Shown here piece by piece: positions 9,465 to 19,773 of a stretch of 64,000 nucleotides of DNA; the stretch's first letter is position 1; each line of letters starts with the position of its first letter. The position numbers and the translations under genes were made by a program. Location: contig CAVSGI010000021.1 in NCBI GenBank assembly GCA_963727445.1, forward strand, positions 32,001-96,000, given 5' to 3'. The stretch is from an uncultured delta proteobacterium (lineage in GTDB: Bacteria > Myxococcota_A > Polyangia > Polyangiales > B10-G4). The notes beneath the pieces were generated by a model. It had not been told where the DNA came from and did not search any database. It saw only the letters and a list, made by a program, of their open reading frames with translations.

Positions 9465-10514
9465 TCAATCCACCGTCGCACCGAGCTCGGCAGTCGTGCC
9501 ATCCAGCTCCACCGTCGCGGTGATGCATGCGCACACACCCATCACGCTGATCAGGTCGGCTTGCTCGTAGGCGATCGACGCGAGGGTGGTCGTCCAGATC
9601 TCGGCGACGTATCCGTCGAGGTCGGCGACGAGCTGGGCGATCTCGAGCGCGCCGCCCAGGGCTCCATTGGAGACGCCGTCGACCCCGACTTCGACGCGGA
9701 GCCTGGCGCCGTAGATCGTCAGGGGCGCGATGACGTCCTCCGGTGGGACGGATATGGCGACCGCTGCGTCCAGGGCGCTCGCCGTCAGCGTTCCGCCGTT
9801 CAACGTGCCATCCAGGAAGCGCACCCGTGGGGTCATGCGGTCCGCGAGGAGCCAGTCCGACAGAACGTCGAAGGTCTGCCCGGGCTCATAACGTCCGTCG
9901 GCGCTGAGCGCGGGCGCAGCCACACCCGTGGGCAGGGCACCGAAGACCAGGCTCACCTGAACGCAGTCGTCGTCCACGAGATCGTCGACGTCCTCAAGTA
10001 CGAGGAGCGGAATGAGCTGGCCAGCGGTGATGTTGCTCGTGAAGCTGTCCGCAAAGTTGTCGTCGAGGCCCGCTTCGACGATGGCCACGTTGATCTGGGA
10101 GTCGATGCCCGGCACGGACTCGGGCGGCGGTGAGGTCAGGTCCTGCCTGAAGCAGGTGTCTGCGTCCGAGACGTCGCTGACCCGATCGTCGAGGTCGAAG
10201 CCGAACAAGGTGCCCTCCGCTGTTGGGCGCGCGAGCCTCATCCCGTCGAGCACGAAGACGTAGGTCGCACCTGCGCCGCTCGGCTCACAGCTGGGAACGG
10301 AGTCGGGATCGAGCGCGGGATCCGGGAACATGCACCGTGGCGAGATGGGCTGAGCCGGCGGAGCGTCGACTCTTCCGTCACTCGCCCCATCGATGGCGGC
10401 GTCCATCGCCGCATCGGGCCCGACGTCCGCCGCAACACCATCGTCGCCACAGCCGACGATCAACGTGACTGCGAGCACCGACGATGACGCCGCGATTTGG
10501 CGAAGAAAGCTCAT
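9465..10514 (-). CDS. Hypothetical myxobacterial lipoprotein
   Basis: LIVGC lipobox, GFDLDDRVSD..GIDSQ motif; begins 4 nt after the stop of the upstream beta-helix gene. Confidence 0.8.
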   Translation of the reverse strand: MSFLRQIAASSSVLAVTLIVGCGDDGVAADVGPDAAMDAAIDGASDGRVDAPPAQPISPRCMFPDPALDPDSVPSCEPSGAGATYVFVLDGMRLARPTAEGTLFGFDLDDRVSDVSDADTCFRQDLTSPPPESVPGIDSQINVAIVEAGLDDNFADSFTSNITAGQLIPLLVLEDVDDLVDDDCVQVSLVFGALPTGVAAPALSADGRYEPGQTFDVLSDWLLADRMTPRVRFLDGTLNGGTLTASALDAAVAISVPPEDVIAPLTIYGARLRVEVGVDGVSNGALGGALEIAQLVADLDGYVAEIWTTTLASIAYEQADLISVMGVCACITATVELDGTTAELGATVD

Positions 10515-10518
10515 GCAA

Positions 10519-12642
10519 TCAATCCATGATACGAGGCGCGGCCTCTGGAACGGGCAGCGAGGTCGAGTCGAGGTTCTGTCCGTTGCCCTGGTAGTCGACG
10601 TCGCGGTTGATCTGGGAGACGTCGAAGGGGCTGGCCTGAACGCACGCCCCGATCAACGAGCCACTCACGTTTCCGTGACGTAGCGATAGGTCCGAGTCGG
10701 GTCCGACCATCACGCCGCAGAGGAATGCGTCGTGTGCGAAGAAACCGTCCACTTCCAGCACCCCCCGGTTGAACGCCCCCAGCCCGATCCCGAACGGCGT
10801 CTCGGCACAGTCCGTCTCGGCGCAGCGTTGAGGTGAAACGCCGGAAAGGGCCAGGCCGCGGACGGTGGCGTGCGCGTCCTCGCCAACGTAGAGCCCGACG
10901 TACTTGTTGCGCTCGACGGTGAGGCGCGTGGCGTCGAGGGAGCCGCCACTGATGCTCAGCCCACCGCCAAAGGCGCCGCCGAGATCGTTACTCGCGGTGT
11001 CGCGCACGACCACGTCTTCGAGGAAGAGTCTGGAGTCGAAGCCGTCGACGCTCAACCCGGCCTCGACGTTGCGCTCGATGAGTCCGCGGGTGATCCGAGC
11101 GGTAGAGGCGAACGTCAGGTGAAGTCCATGCCCGCCCACGGACGTGCCCTCGCGACTGACCGTGTCGCGGATGACGACGTCCTCGAGGGTCAGGTCGCTG
11201 AGGGAGTCTGCCACTACCCCCGCATAGTGATTGTCTTCGAGCAGGACGCGCCGGATGGTCGTGACGGTCTGGACGTCGACCCGAACGCCGAACCCGCCCT
11301 CCAACGACCCAGCCTCGCCGTGGGTGCCACGGATCACGAGGTCCTCGACGTCGGCCGTGGCGGTCAACGACACACGCAACCCAGCGCAACGGTTGCCGAC
11401 GAGCTCGGCGCGACGAAGCGTCAGGTGCGCACCCTCCGTGACGCGGACACCCATTCCCTGCCGCTGATCGTTCCGCCGCGCATGGGTCCCGCGAACCAGC
11501 AGGTCTTCGGCCTCGACGCTGCCGGCGTCCTCAGCCTCGATGCCGAACTGCGGCGCACCGAGGATCGCTACCCGGCGCGCGATGACGGTGCCGTCGGATT
11601 GTGCGTGAAGCCCGCCAGTGTCGCTTCCGTCGGCAGGGACGCCCAAGACCGTCAGGTCCTCGACATCGAGCGTCGAATCCGCACCTTCGACCGTTGCCCC
11701 GCGCCCGGCGAGGTCGATGACCATCGCGCCCTGGATGCTCACGTGGGCCGTCGATTCGCAGGGGAGCTCGCAGACGGAGACCCCCGCGTTCGTGAGCTCG
11801 GCGAAGGTCAGATCCTCTCCCGAGACACGTCCGCCGCGAACCTCGAGGGCGGCCGGAGGCGCGGTTTCGTCTCCCGTGGGCGCGCCTCCCGAGAAGCGCA
11901 CACGCGAGAAGGACGCGTTTCCGGCATGAATGACCGACCCGCCTTCCAGCCGGGAGTCGGAGACGGCGAGAGTCCCGGCGCTGGAGATCGCGTGAGGGTC
12001 GTTTCCCGGTACGGCAGCTACTGCGTGAGTGAAGATCAGATCGCCACCGCTCCCGAGATCGATGGCAGCGTCACCACCCGACGAAGTCACGGTGAGCGCC
12101 TCGAGGCGCACCGGACCCCCTTCGACCACCACCGATCCTTCGATGGACGTCTCGCTGACGCATCCACCCACCAAGGCCACCTCGGTGGTGATGGGCGCGG
12201 AGGGGGCGGCGTGGGCACCGCGGCCCAGCACCACGTGGGACGCACCGCTCGCGAGCGCCTCGTCGATGCTGCCGAAGGGTGTGCTCTCGGCGCCGTCGCC
12301 GGTGCCGCCGACGGACACGTAGACCGCGCCTTCGGGTTGATCCGGTGGGAACGCCTCGCTCGGACACGTCGCGATGGTCAGGCAGCCCACACCCGGGACG
12401 AGAGCTTCGTCCGGAGCGCAGGTTGGCGCCGCGCCCGCCCACCCTGCGCAGTACTCGTATCCATCCTCCGTCGTCTCGACGACCCAGCCCTCGCGACAGG
12501 TGACCATTCGCGGCGCCGGTGGCATCGGCTCGGCCACCGCACCCAGCGTCGTCATCGTGCCGCCGTCGGACGGTGGTGGCGGCTCTTCCTCTCCGCCGCA
12601 AGCCGTGATGACACAGGTGGCAGCGACCAGGAAGCGAAGCAC
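10519..12642 (-). CDS. Right-handed parallel beta-helix repeat lipoprotein
   Basis: VITAC lipobox; VYVSVGGTGDGAESTPFGSIDEAL; repeated EDLVIRGT..GxGV..LxRxxLxxN units, 707 aa. Confidence 0.85.
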   Translation of the reverse strand: MLRFLVAATCVITACGGEEEPPPPSDGGTMTTLGAVAEPMPPAPRMVTCREGWVVETTEDGYEYCAGWAGAAPTCAPDEALVPGVGCLTIATCPSEAFPPDQPEGAVYVSVGGTGDGAESTPFGSIDEALASGASHVVLGRGAHAAPSAPITTEVALVGGCVSETSIEGSVVVEGGPVRLEALTVTSSGGDAAIDLGSGGDLIFTHAVAAVPGNDPHAISSAGTLAVSDSRLEGGSVIHAGNASFSRVRFSGGAPTGDETAPPAALEVRGGRVSGEDLTFAELTNAGVSVCELPCESTAHVSIQGAMVIDLAGRGATVEGADSTLDVEDLTVLGVPADGSDTGGLHAQSDGTVIARRVAILGAPQFGIEAEDAGSVEAEDLLVRGTHARRNDQRQGMGVRVTEGAHLTLRRAELVGNRCAGLRVSLTATADVEDLVIRGTHGEAGSLEGGFGVRVDVQTVTTIRRVLLEDNHYAGVVADSLSDLTLEDVVIRDTVSREGTSVGGHGLHLTFASTARITRGLIERNVEAGLSVDGFDSRLFLEDVVVRDTASNDLGGAFGGGLSISGGSLDATRLTVERNKYVGLYVGEDAHATVRGLALSGVSPQRCAETDCAETPFGIGLGAFNRGVLEVDGFFAHDAFLCGVMVGPDSDLSLRHGNVSGSLIGACVQASPFDVSQINRDVDYQGNGQNLDSTSLPVPEAAPRIMD

Positions 12643-12744
12643 GGTTCCATCCTACCACGTCATCCGAGCCGCCTGCGCGCGCCTGGCCGCCACTGATCGT
12701 GTCTCGAACTCCGGCCCGTCAGGTGCGTGCTAGCATTCTCCCAG

Positions 12745-13719
12745 ATGCGTCTCTGGCTCGCATGCGCCATCCTCGTACCGGCCTTCGTCGCGTGCGGTGA
12801 CGACGGCGGTGGTGCCTTCGATTCGTCGCTCGGTGACGCGACGCCGGTCGACGGTGCCATGGGCGATGCCTCCGATGCTTCCTCGACCGACGCCGGGGAT
12901 TCGTCGCCGATGGCCGACGCCTCGGCCGATGCGGCACCCACCGACGCGTCCACGCTCTCCAGCGGCGCGTTCCGGTTCCTCACCTACAACGTCGCGGGCC
13001 TTCCCGACGCCATCTCCGGGAGCGACCCGGCGGTGAACACACCGATGATGAGTCCGTTGCTCAACGCCTACGACATCGTCGTGGTCCAGGAGGACTTCAG
13101 CTACCACGCCGAGCTCATCAGCGCCGCGACCCACCCATACATCTCGGGTCCTTCGACCGCACCGACCGGGCTCACCTTCGGCGACGGGCTGGGGCGACTC
13201 TCGATGGTGCCCTTCACAGGCGAGATGCGTGAGCGGTGGGACGAATGCAACGGCATCTTCGGGAGTGGCACCGATTGCCTCGCGGCCAAGGGATTCTCCG
13301 TGGCCCGCCACCAGATTGCGTCGGGTGTCGAGGTCCACGTCTACGATCTCCACATGGACGCGGGTCGCGGGAGCGACGACTACGCGGCTCGTGAAGCCCA
13401 GAGCGCCCAGCTTCGCGCTTTCATGGCAGCCAACTCGCCGACTGCGGCGGTGATCGTCGCCGGCGACACGAACATGAAGGCGGAGGACGAGCCGCTCGTG
13501 CTCGAGCTCCTCGCGATGGGCCCACTCGAGGATGCGTGCCGCACGCTCGCCTGCCCCCAGCCGGAGCTCCACGACCGCGTGATGTATCGAAGTGGCGGGG
13601 GGATCGAGCTCACCCCGACCCTGTGGCAGCTCGATGCCCGTTTCGTCGACGCGTCGGGCGAGCCTCTCTCCGATCACTTCGCCGTCGGCGTCGACTTCGA
13701 GTGGCGCCGCACCGACTGA
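12745..13719 (+). CDS. Endonuclease/exonuclease/phosphatase (EEP) family lipoprotein
   Basis: TYNVAG, VQEDF, AGDTN, DRVMYR and SDH motifs; lipobox FVAC. Confidence 0.88.
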   Translation: MRLWLACAILVPAFVACGDDGGGAFDSSLGDATPVDGAMGDASDASSTDAGDSSPMADASADAAPTDASTLSSGAFRFLTYNVAGLPDAISGSDPAVNTPMMSPLLNAYDIVVVQEDFSYHAELISAATHPYISGPSTAPTGLTFGDGLGRLSMVPFTGEMRERWDECNGIFGSGTDCLAAKGFSVARHQIASGVEVHVYDLHMDAGRGSDDYAAREAQSAQLRAFMAANSPTAAVIVAGDTNMKAEDEPLVLELLAMGPLEDACRTLACPQPELHDRVMYRSGGGIELTPTLWQLDARFVDASGEPLSDHFAVGVDFEWRRTD

Positions 13720-13786
13720 GCTCGACGGGCTAATAGAACGTGATCGTCGACGAGACGCTCTCTCGACCCCGGGGGCAGCGGTCCGC

Positions 13787-14845
13787 CTACGGCGTGTGGA
13801 CGTGGCCCCAACGCTTCATGTCTTCGACGGCATCACGAAGTGTTTCGTCGAGCGGGCGGAAATCCAAGCCAAGCTCGCGCTTCGCCTTGCTCGCGTCGGT
13901 CTCGAGGCGGCGCCCTACGTGGGTGCGGACGAAGTCGCCAGCGCCCTTCTTCTCGGTGTAGGAGGCGAGCTTGGTGATCGCCCGTCCGAGCTTCCCGGTG
14001 AGGGCCAGCTTGGGATAGCGATGCTTCCGGTACCCGAGCGAGCGCAGACGATCGATCAGCTCGCGCATCGAGAGCGTGCCAGCGGCGAGGAGGTAGCGCC
14101 CCGATGCCTCGGGCTTCTCCATGGCGAGGACGTGTGCTTCGGCGACGTCGCGGACGTCGACGAACGCCCAGCCCAGCTCCACGACGGCAGGGAACTTTCC
14201 CTCCATCAGTTGGCAGATCACCTCGTTCGAGGTGTTGAGCACGTCGTTGTAAGCGGGACCGCAGACGAGGAAAGGGTTGATGGCGACCAGATCGAAACCC
14301 GGTGCCTCCGACTCGACGAAGTCCCAGGCGGCCCGCTCGGCGCACACTTTCGAGAAGTAGTAGGCATTGCGGTCGAGGGAGGACTTGTCGTTCCAGTCCT
14401 CTTCGGTGAAACGGTGGCCCTCGATGGGCTCGTCGGTTATCGCCGCGCCCGAAGACGTGAGGACGACGCGCTTCACGGTGCCCGCCGACTGGCAGGAGCG
14501 GAGCACGTTGAGCGTCCCCTTCACAGCGGGGTCGACGAGGTCGCGCTGGGGGTCCTTCACGTCGATGACGTATGGGCTCGCGGTGTGCATCACCGCGTCG
14601 CAGCCAGCCACGGCCTCGTCGTAGGAGCCATCCACCAGGAGGTCGCCTCCCACCAGCGTGAGGCGGCCTTCCTCGTCGAGGTCAGTCAGGTAGCCGTATC
14701 GCTCGGCGTCGTCCGGCTTGCGCACGGTCCCCCGCACCTCGTAGCCGCGCTCGAGGAGCGTCCGTACGATGTGCGAGGCGACGAAGCCGGAGGCCCCTGT
14801 GACACAGACGCGTTTGAACTTCTCGTCCCCGCTCATGGGGCCCAT
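13787..14845 (-). CDS. NAD-dependent epimerase/dehydratase (DFR/aldehyde reductase-like SDR)
   Basis: VTGASGFVAS, HTASP, VLTSS, YYFSK (YxxxK), FVDVRDVAEAH; start may be 14836. Confidence 0.92.
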   Translation of the reverse strand: MGPMSGDEKFKRVCVTGASGFVASHIVRTLLERGYEVRGTVRKPDDAERYGYLTDLDEEGRLTLVGGDLLVDGSYDEAVAGCDAVMHTASPYVIDVKDPQRDLVDPAVKGTLNVLRSCQSAGTVKRVVLTSSGAAITDEPIEGHRFTEEDWNDKSSLDRNAYYFSKVCAERAAWDFVESEAPGFDLVAINPFLVCGPAYNDVLNTSNEVICQLMEGKFPAVVELGWAFVDVRDVAEAHVLAMEKPEASGRYLLAAGTLSMRELIDRLRSLGYRKHRYPKLALTGKLGRAITKLASYTEKKGAGDFVRTHVGRRLETDASKAKRELGLDFRPLDETLRDAVEDMKRWGHVHTP

Positions 14846-14970
14846 GATGGGGCAGGGAAGCCGAGGCTTTCAACCAACCAAGCGGGGCCCATGCCCGAGC
14901 CTCCGACCTGATTCCAACCGTCGCAGAGCGACTTGGTCACATGCAGGGCATCCTGCTACGACGCCTCCAT

Positions 14971-15945
14971 ATGCTGAAGACCCTCCTCGAGAGATTCCGA
15001 GCGCTGCGCGCCCCGGGCCCCTACGAAGGTCAGTGGATCCACCATCATCCCGCGACTACGCATGCCTTCCACATCGTGATTGGCGTCATGACCCACGGCG
15101 ACGAGGTGGGGCCGCTTCCAGCCGCACTGCGGCTCATGGAGGAGCTGGCCGACGGAACCACGCGATACGGTGGCGCGGTCACGCTGACCATCGGCAATCC
15201 CGAGGCCGGGCTGCAGGGCCAGCGCTTTCTGGAGGACGACCTCAACCGCGTCTTCCTCGATGGGCCACCCAGCCACGAAAGACGGCGTGCGCGAGAGATG
15301 ATGGCCGCCCTCGACGATGGCCATCTCTTCATCGACCTTCACCAGACCGCGCTGCCGAGCCTCGCCGCGTTCTGGACGCTCCCGTGGTCGGAGACGGCGT
15401 GGCATTGGATTCGTATCGCCGGCGAAGGCGATCTCTGGACCACTCGTGCGCCCGGCGCGGCGTTCGCGGAGGGCCGGCGCTGCGGCGACGAGTACATGCG
15501 CAACCGTGGGCTGCCGGGGCTGACGCTCGAGCTCGGCCAGAAGGGGTTCACAGAGGAGAGCGAGGCCCGCGCGTACTCGGTCATGACGCGCATCCTCGCC
15601 GCGGCCGACAACATCGCCCGTGGCGCCGACCTCGCCGCCCTCGCAGCGGAGCGGCCTGACGCCCGCTTCTTGTTGAGCGCCCACAAAGAGCCCTTTGGCG
15701 ACCCCGCCCGCGCGCTGCGCCCGGGGCTCCGAAACTTCCAACCGGTCGAAGCCGGCCAGGAGCTTCAGGATCCCGCTGGCGACGGACCTAAGGTCATCGC
15801 GCCCAAAGAAGGCCTGCTGCTCTTCCCGCAGTACCCGCCACGCGACCCCGACGGCGTCGCCCTCGCGCCGGTGCCGACGGACCTCTTTCACATCGTGCAA
15901 GATGCGCCCGAGCATCCGAGGACGCTCTTCGCGGATCAGGGATGA
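14971..15945 (+). CDS. Succinylglutamate desuccinylase/aspartoacylase (M14-like) family protein
   Basis: THGDE, GNPEA..RFLEDDLNRVF, DLHQT, TLELG. Confidence 0.88.
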   Translation: MLKTLLERFRALRAPGPYEGQWIHHHPATTHAFHIVIGVMTHGDEVGPLPAALRLMEELADGTTRYGGAVTLTIGNPEAGLQGQRFLEDDLNRVFLDGPPSHERRRAREMMAALDDGHLFIDLHQTALPSLAAFWTLPWSETAWHWIRIAGEGDLWTTRAPGAAFAEGRRCGDEYMRNRGLPGLTLELGQKGFTEESEARAYSVMTRILAAADNIARGADLAALAAERPDARFLLSAHKEPFGDPARALRPGLRNFQPVEAGQELQDPAGDGPKVIAPKEGLLLFPQYPPRDPDGVALAPVPTDLFHIVQDAPEHPRTLFADQG

Positions 15946-16147
15946 TGAGCACCCCCTGGTCGAGCAGCTCGGAGACGACCTCCCAGCCTGCCTCGTCTTC
16001 GAATCGCGCCGCCACCTCGGCATCCACCACCTCCTCGAGGGTGGCCGCGCAGCTCAGGTAGAAGTGGAATGCGCCGATCTCCAGCGCGCAGCCGGGAACG
16101 ATCGACACCGACGCGTCGCCCATCGATGGCGCTGAGGCTGTCGACAC
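15936..16147 (-). pseudogene. Small ORF or gene remnant
   Basis: About 70 protein-like codons ending VSELLDQGVLII; overlaps the neighbour unless frameshifted. Confidence 0.3.
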
Positions 16148-16174
16148 CCGGCGAGGGTATTCTTGTTCGGAACC

Positions 16175-17203
16175 ATGGGTGAGCCACCGTCAGCGGAGTC
16201 TCGGGATGCGTCCGACCCGCCCGAGCAGAAGCCGCTCCGCCGCGCGGTCCTCGACGCGCTCCTCGGGCTCGTGAAGCTCTTGGGGCTCTTCGTTCCGGAG
16301 ATCGTGGTCGCGGTCCTCGGCCTGATCGTCGGTCTGGTGATCGGCATCGTCGTCGGCGTCGGCGCGACGAGCGAGCTCTTCTCCGGACCTGGGGTGTGGG
16401 CACGCGCCGGGCCGATCGCGCTCATCTTTCCGCTGTTGACCTCGCTCGGCCCACCGCTCCTCGGCGCGCTCCTCGGCCTGGTCATCCCGCCGGCGTTGAT
16501 CCTGCCGCCTCACGCGCTCGTCGTTGGCGTCATCGCGCGCCATGCATACCGCGACCGCTACGTCGTCCTCTGGTCGGTCGCCGCGACGGTGTGGATGCCG
16601 GCGCTCTTCTTCGTCGCCTACGGCGTGCGCGGGGCGCTCGGCACCGCGCTGGTGCTCTCGCCGCTCACAGCGGGCTTCGGCTTCGTCGCGGGGGCGCTGT
16701 TCGTCGCCGTCCGCGGCGTCCTCGACGGACGATCCCTCGGGCAGTTCTGGCGGAACGCGGACGGCTCCATGGTGCTGGCGATGGTGGTGCTGACCGCCTA
16801 CGGCGTGCTCGTCACGTGGCTCGTCTGCGTCCTCTTCTGTCTCCTGCCCACCGTGCCGATCGCGCTCTCGCTGGCGATCGCACTCGCCGCGCGGCTGATC
16901 GCGAAGAAGAACCACGAGGGCCTCGCGATTACGACGCTGATCATCAACACCCTGCACCTCGCGCTGCTCGTCTTCGCGATCGTGGCGATGACTCGGGAGC
17001 GGCCCCCGGCGCGTGACCGTGCTCGGCTAGGGCTGCGGCTCGTCGGGGAAGCGGATTCCGTCGTAATCGGCTGCGCGGAACGGCAGATCCAGGCGCGGCC
17101 TCCGCGCGTGTGTCTTCGCGTAGAGCGGCGGCGGGTCGCGAAAGCGGGTGGGGAAATACGCGACGTGCATGTGGACGGCCATCGCGCGCTCTTCGAAGTG
17201 TGA
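16175..17203 (+). CDS. Multi-pass membrane protein
   Basis: About 8 hydrophobic segments; the true stop is probably near 17016 because the ORF tail overlaps the convergent M23 gene. Confidence 0.7.
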   Translation: MGEPPSAESRDASDPPEQKPLRRAVLDALLGLVKLLGLFVPEIVVAVLGLIVGLVIGIVVGVGATSELFSGPGVWARAGPIALIFPLLTSLGPPLLGALLGLVIPPALILPPHALVVGVIARHAYRDRYVVLWSVAATVWMPALFFVAYGVRGALGTALVLSPLTAGFGFVAGALFVAVRGVLDGRSLGQFWRNADGSMVLAMVVLTAYGVLVTWLVCVLFCLLPTVPIALSLAIALAARLIAKKNHEGLAITTLIINTLHLALLVFAIVAMTRERPPARDRARLGLRLVGEADSVVIGCAERQIQARPPRVCLRVERRRVAKAGGEIRDVHVDGHRALFEV

Positions 17204-17995
17204 AAGCGACGACAGGTGCGCGCGGGTGTCAGGGTGAATGCACGCGTCGATCGCCGCGCCCACGGCGCGCTCGTCCCAGTCTGCCGGTGGCACTTCCTCG
17301 GCGCGCGCATCGCGGTCGCTTCCGCCATGAGGCCTCGGATCGTTGTCCGTCATCCACAGCGAGACCACGCCGTCGTGAGCGAAGGGATCGACGTAGGCGC
17401 CGTCGAGCCAAACGTTGAAATGCACGTGGGGGATTCCGAAGGGGAAGGTCACGAAGCCGTCGATGCCGCTGTAGCCGGACAGAGCGATGGGCTGACCGCG
17501 GTGCACCACGTCCCCGACCCGGACCAGTGCCCGGGCGAGGTGGTTGTAGCTAGTGGCGAGCCCCTCGCCGTGGTCGACGAAAACCTTGAGCCCGCCTCGG
17601 TTGAACTCGCTCGAGACGCGCAAGACGCGCCCCGGGGCCGCCGCGACCACCTCGGTCCCTACCGGCGTCACCAGATCGGTGCCGTTGTGGCTGTCGTAGG
17701 TGAGGCGCTTGCCGCGAAAGTCGCGCACCCGTGTGACGCGCACGCTCCACCCCTCTTCGGGAGGAGGCTGCTCGTGGTTGAAGAGGTTCGAGATCGGGAC
17801 GCGGCGGCCGTAGAGCCGCTGTCCGGCCCAGACCCGGTAGCCCGGCAGGCGGGTGAGCTGCTCGATGGCGGTGAGGTCGAACTTCGAGGGTGGCGTCGCC
17901 GGGTCTCCCCGCAGAACGACCCGCGCTTCGGCGAGGCGCTGCCAGAGCGGGCTGAGCCCGAAGATCTCGGTGACGCGGAGACGAGGGTGGGACAC
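17027..17995 (-). CDS. M23 family metallopeptidase
   Basis: YDSHNGTDL (HxxxD), YNHL, PHVHF (HxH). Confidence 0.9.
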   Translation of the reverse strand: MSHPRLRVTEIFGLSPLWQRLAEARVVLRGDPATPPSKFDLTAIEQLTRLPGYRVWAGQRLYGRRVPISNLFNHEQPPPEEGWSVRVTRVRDFRGKRLTYDSHNGTDLVTPVGTEVVAAAPGRVLRVSSEFNRGGLKVFVDHGEGLATSYNHLARALVRVGDVVHRGQPIALSGYSGIDGFVTFPFGIPHVHFNVWLDGAYVDPFAHDGVVSLWMTDNDPRPHGGSDRDARAEEVPPADWDERAVGAAIDACIHPDTRAHLSSLSHFEERAMAVHMHVAYFPTRFRDPPPLYAKTHARRPRLDLPFRAADYDGIRFPDEPQP

Positions 17996-18007
17996 GGGAT
18001 GACCCTA

Positions 18008-19742
18008 GCGCCGGTGTCGCAGGAGCGCGAGAGCGAGGACGCCGAGCGCGGCAGCGCCCGGGCCGGTCACCGCTGCAGCGACGAGAACGACGAAGTCGCC
18101 CTGCGTTCGGCTCACCGGCCCAGGGAGAACCGACCCGCTGCCCACGAGGTGGCCCGCGCGCTCGGCAGCCTCGAATCCGCGCGCGGCTCCGAAACGAGGT
18201 CGCGTCGGCCATCTCTCGCGCAGGAGCAGCGCGTGGTGTGCATCGTCCTGGCTGGCGGGGCGGAGGCGAACGCCGCCGGGCTCGAGTCGACGCTCTCGGG
18301 CGACAGCGTGCACCGCCTCGCCGATGGCTCGCACCTGATGAGCCGCTTTCATCGCGCCCGCCGCCGAAGAAGGGCCGGGGGCGTACTTCTTTCGCCACGC
18401 ACTCGTGCGCGACGCGGCCTACCTCCTGATCCCGGACGAGGAACGCCTCCTCGCCCACGCTGCTGCCGGCTCCCACCTCGAAGGGCGGGGCTGTGACGCC
18501 GCGATCGTCGCCGACCACTTCGAACGAGGCGGATCCCTCGATGCGGCGGCGCGCGCCTATCGAACGGCAGCGGAGCAGGCATTTCTGGCCAACGACCTCG
18601 AGGGCGCCAGCGAGCACGCGAAGCGCGCACTCGACTACGAGAAGGACGACGAGACCCGCGGGGCGATCGAATTGGTGGTCGCGGAGGTCGAGAGTTGGCG
18701 TGCAGGGCCTGCCGAGGCTCGCCGGGCGGCCGAACGAGCGGTAGTGCTTCTGCGACCCGGCACTGGAAGGTGGCTCACGGCGGTGGGCCTCGTCGTCACC
18801 GCCGCGGGCCAGCAGGGCGACAACGACGAAGTCGAGCGCTGGCTCGAGCGCGTGCTCGAGATCACGCCCGACCGAGGGGCCGGCGCGGAGCTCGTGATGT
18901 GTCTCTCCCGCGCCTACTCGCAGATCATCTGGGACGAGCGTCGCGCCATCGCCGAGCGTGCGCTCGCGAGGATCGAGGACGTGGCCGCGGCTGAGCCTCT
19001 GAGCGGGCACGTCCGAGCGAGAGTCCACTTCGCGCGGGCTTACGATCATCTGAGCCGCGCCGAAATGGACAGTTGCGTCGCGGAGCTGCGAAAGCGCGCG
19101 GAGCTCCACGAAGCGACCGGGTCCGAGACCGAACGGATTCACGCGGAGCTGCTCGAGTGCCTCTTCAAAGGGTTCAGCGGTCTCGCCGAGGAAGGACTCG
19201 AGGCCATGACCGGCTGCCTCGAAGACGCGGAGCGGCTTCGATCCGATTATCTCGTGGGATGGGTGCGCTTCGAGCAAGCAGGGCTCAACGCGATCATCGG
19301 CAACGTCTCCGAGAGCCGGAGGATTCTCGTAGAGGTGCCAGAAGACATGAAAGCGTCACCGCTCTTCGCCGCCGCGGTCGTCACCTGGCTCAGCTTCTAC
19401 GCGGTCATGAGCGGGGACGTCGCGGAGGTGGAGCGTCTGCTGGCGGGCATCCGCGGCCGGCGACTCAGCCCTCGCTACCAGGTGGCGGTAGGGTCGCTCG
19501 AGGCGTGGATTGCGCTGAAGCTAGGCGAGAGAGCCGAGGCGGTGAAGCACCTCGACCGCGCGGTCGCCATCATCGAGGGGACGGATCCCGTCTTCGGAGA
19601 CACCCACCTCGCGATGTGGCCAATCGTGGCCCCCCATGCGCTCTTGGTTCGCACGCCAGGTCCCGGCCATGACCAGCATTGGGAGCCGGGCCTGGGTTCC
19701 ATCAGAAGTTGGCCAACCCCCCCGCCCGGGTTTTTTAGTTGA
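18008..19742 (+). pseudogene. Relic of a kinase/AAA-ATPase-TPR protein
   Basis: RPRENRPAAHEVARAL..EQRVVCIVLA jumps straight to YFFRHALVRDAAY plus TPR-like helices; no Walker A; frameshift near 18350-18385; C-terminus degenerates near 19640. Confidence 0.65.
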
Positions 19743-19764
19743 TGCTAACGTAAGGAAAGGCTAA
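19735..19764. promoter_or_regulatory. Putative ArsR-family operator (two tandem palindromic sites)
   Basis: TTAG-N6-CTAA (19735-19748) and TAAG-N6-CTAA (19751-19764), 9 nt upstream of the ArsR start. Confidence 0.55.
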
Positions 19765-19773
19765 AACACCTGG

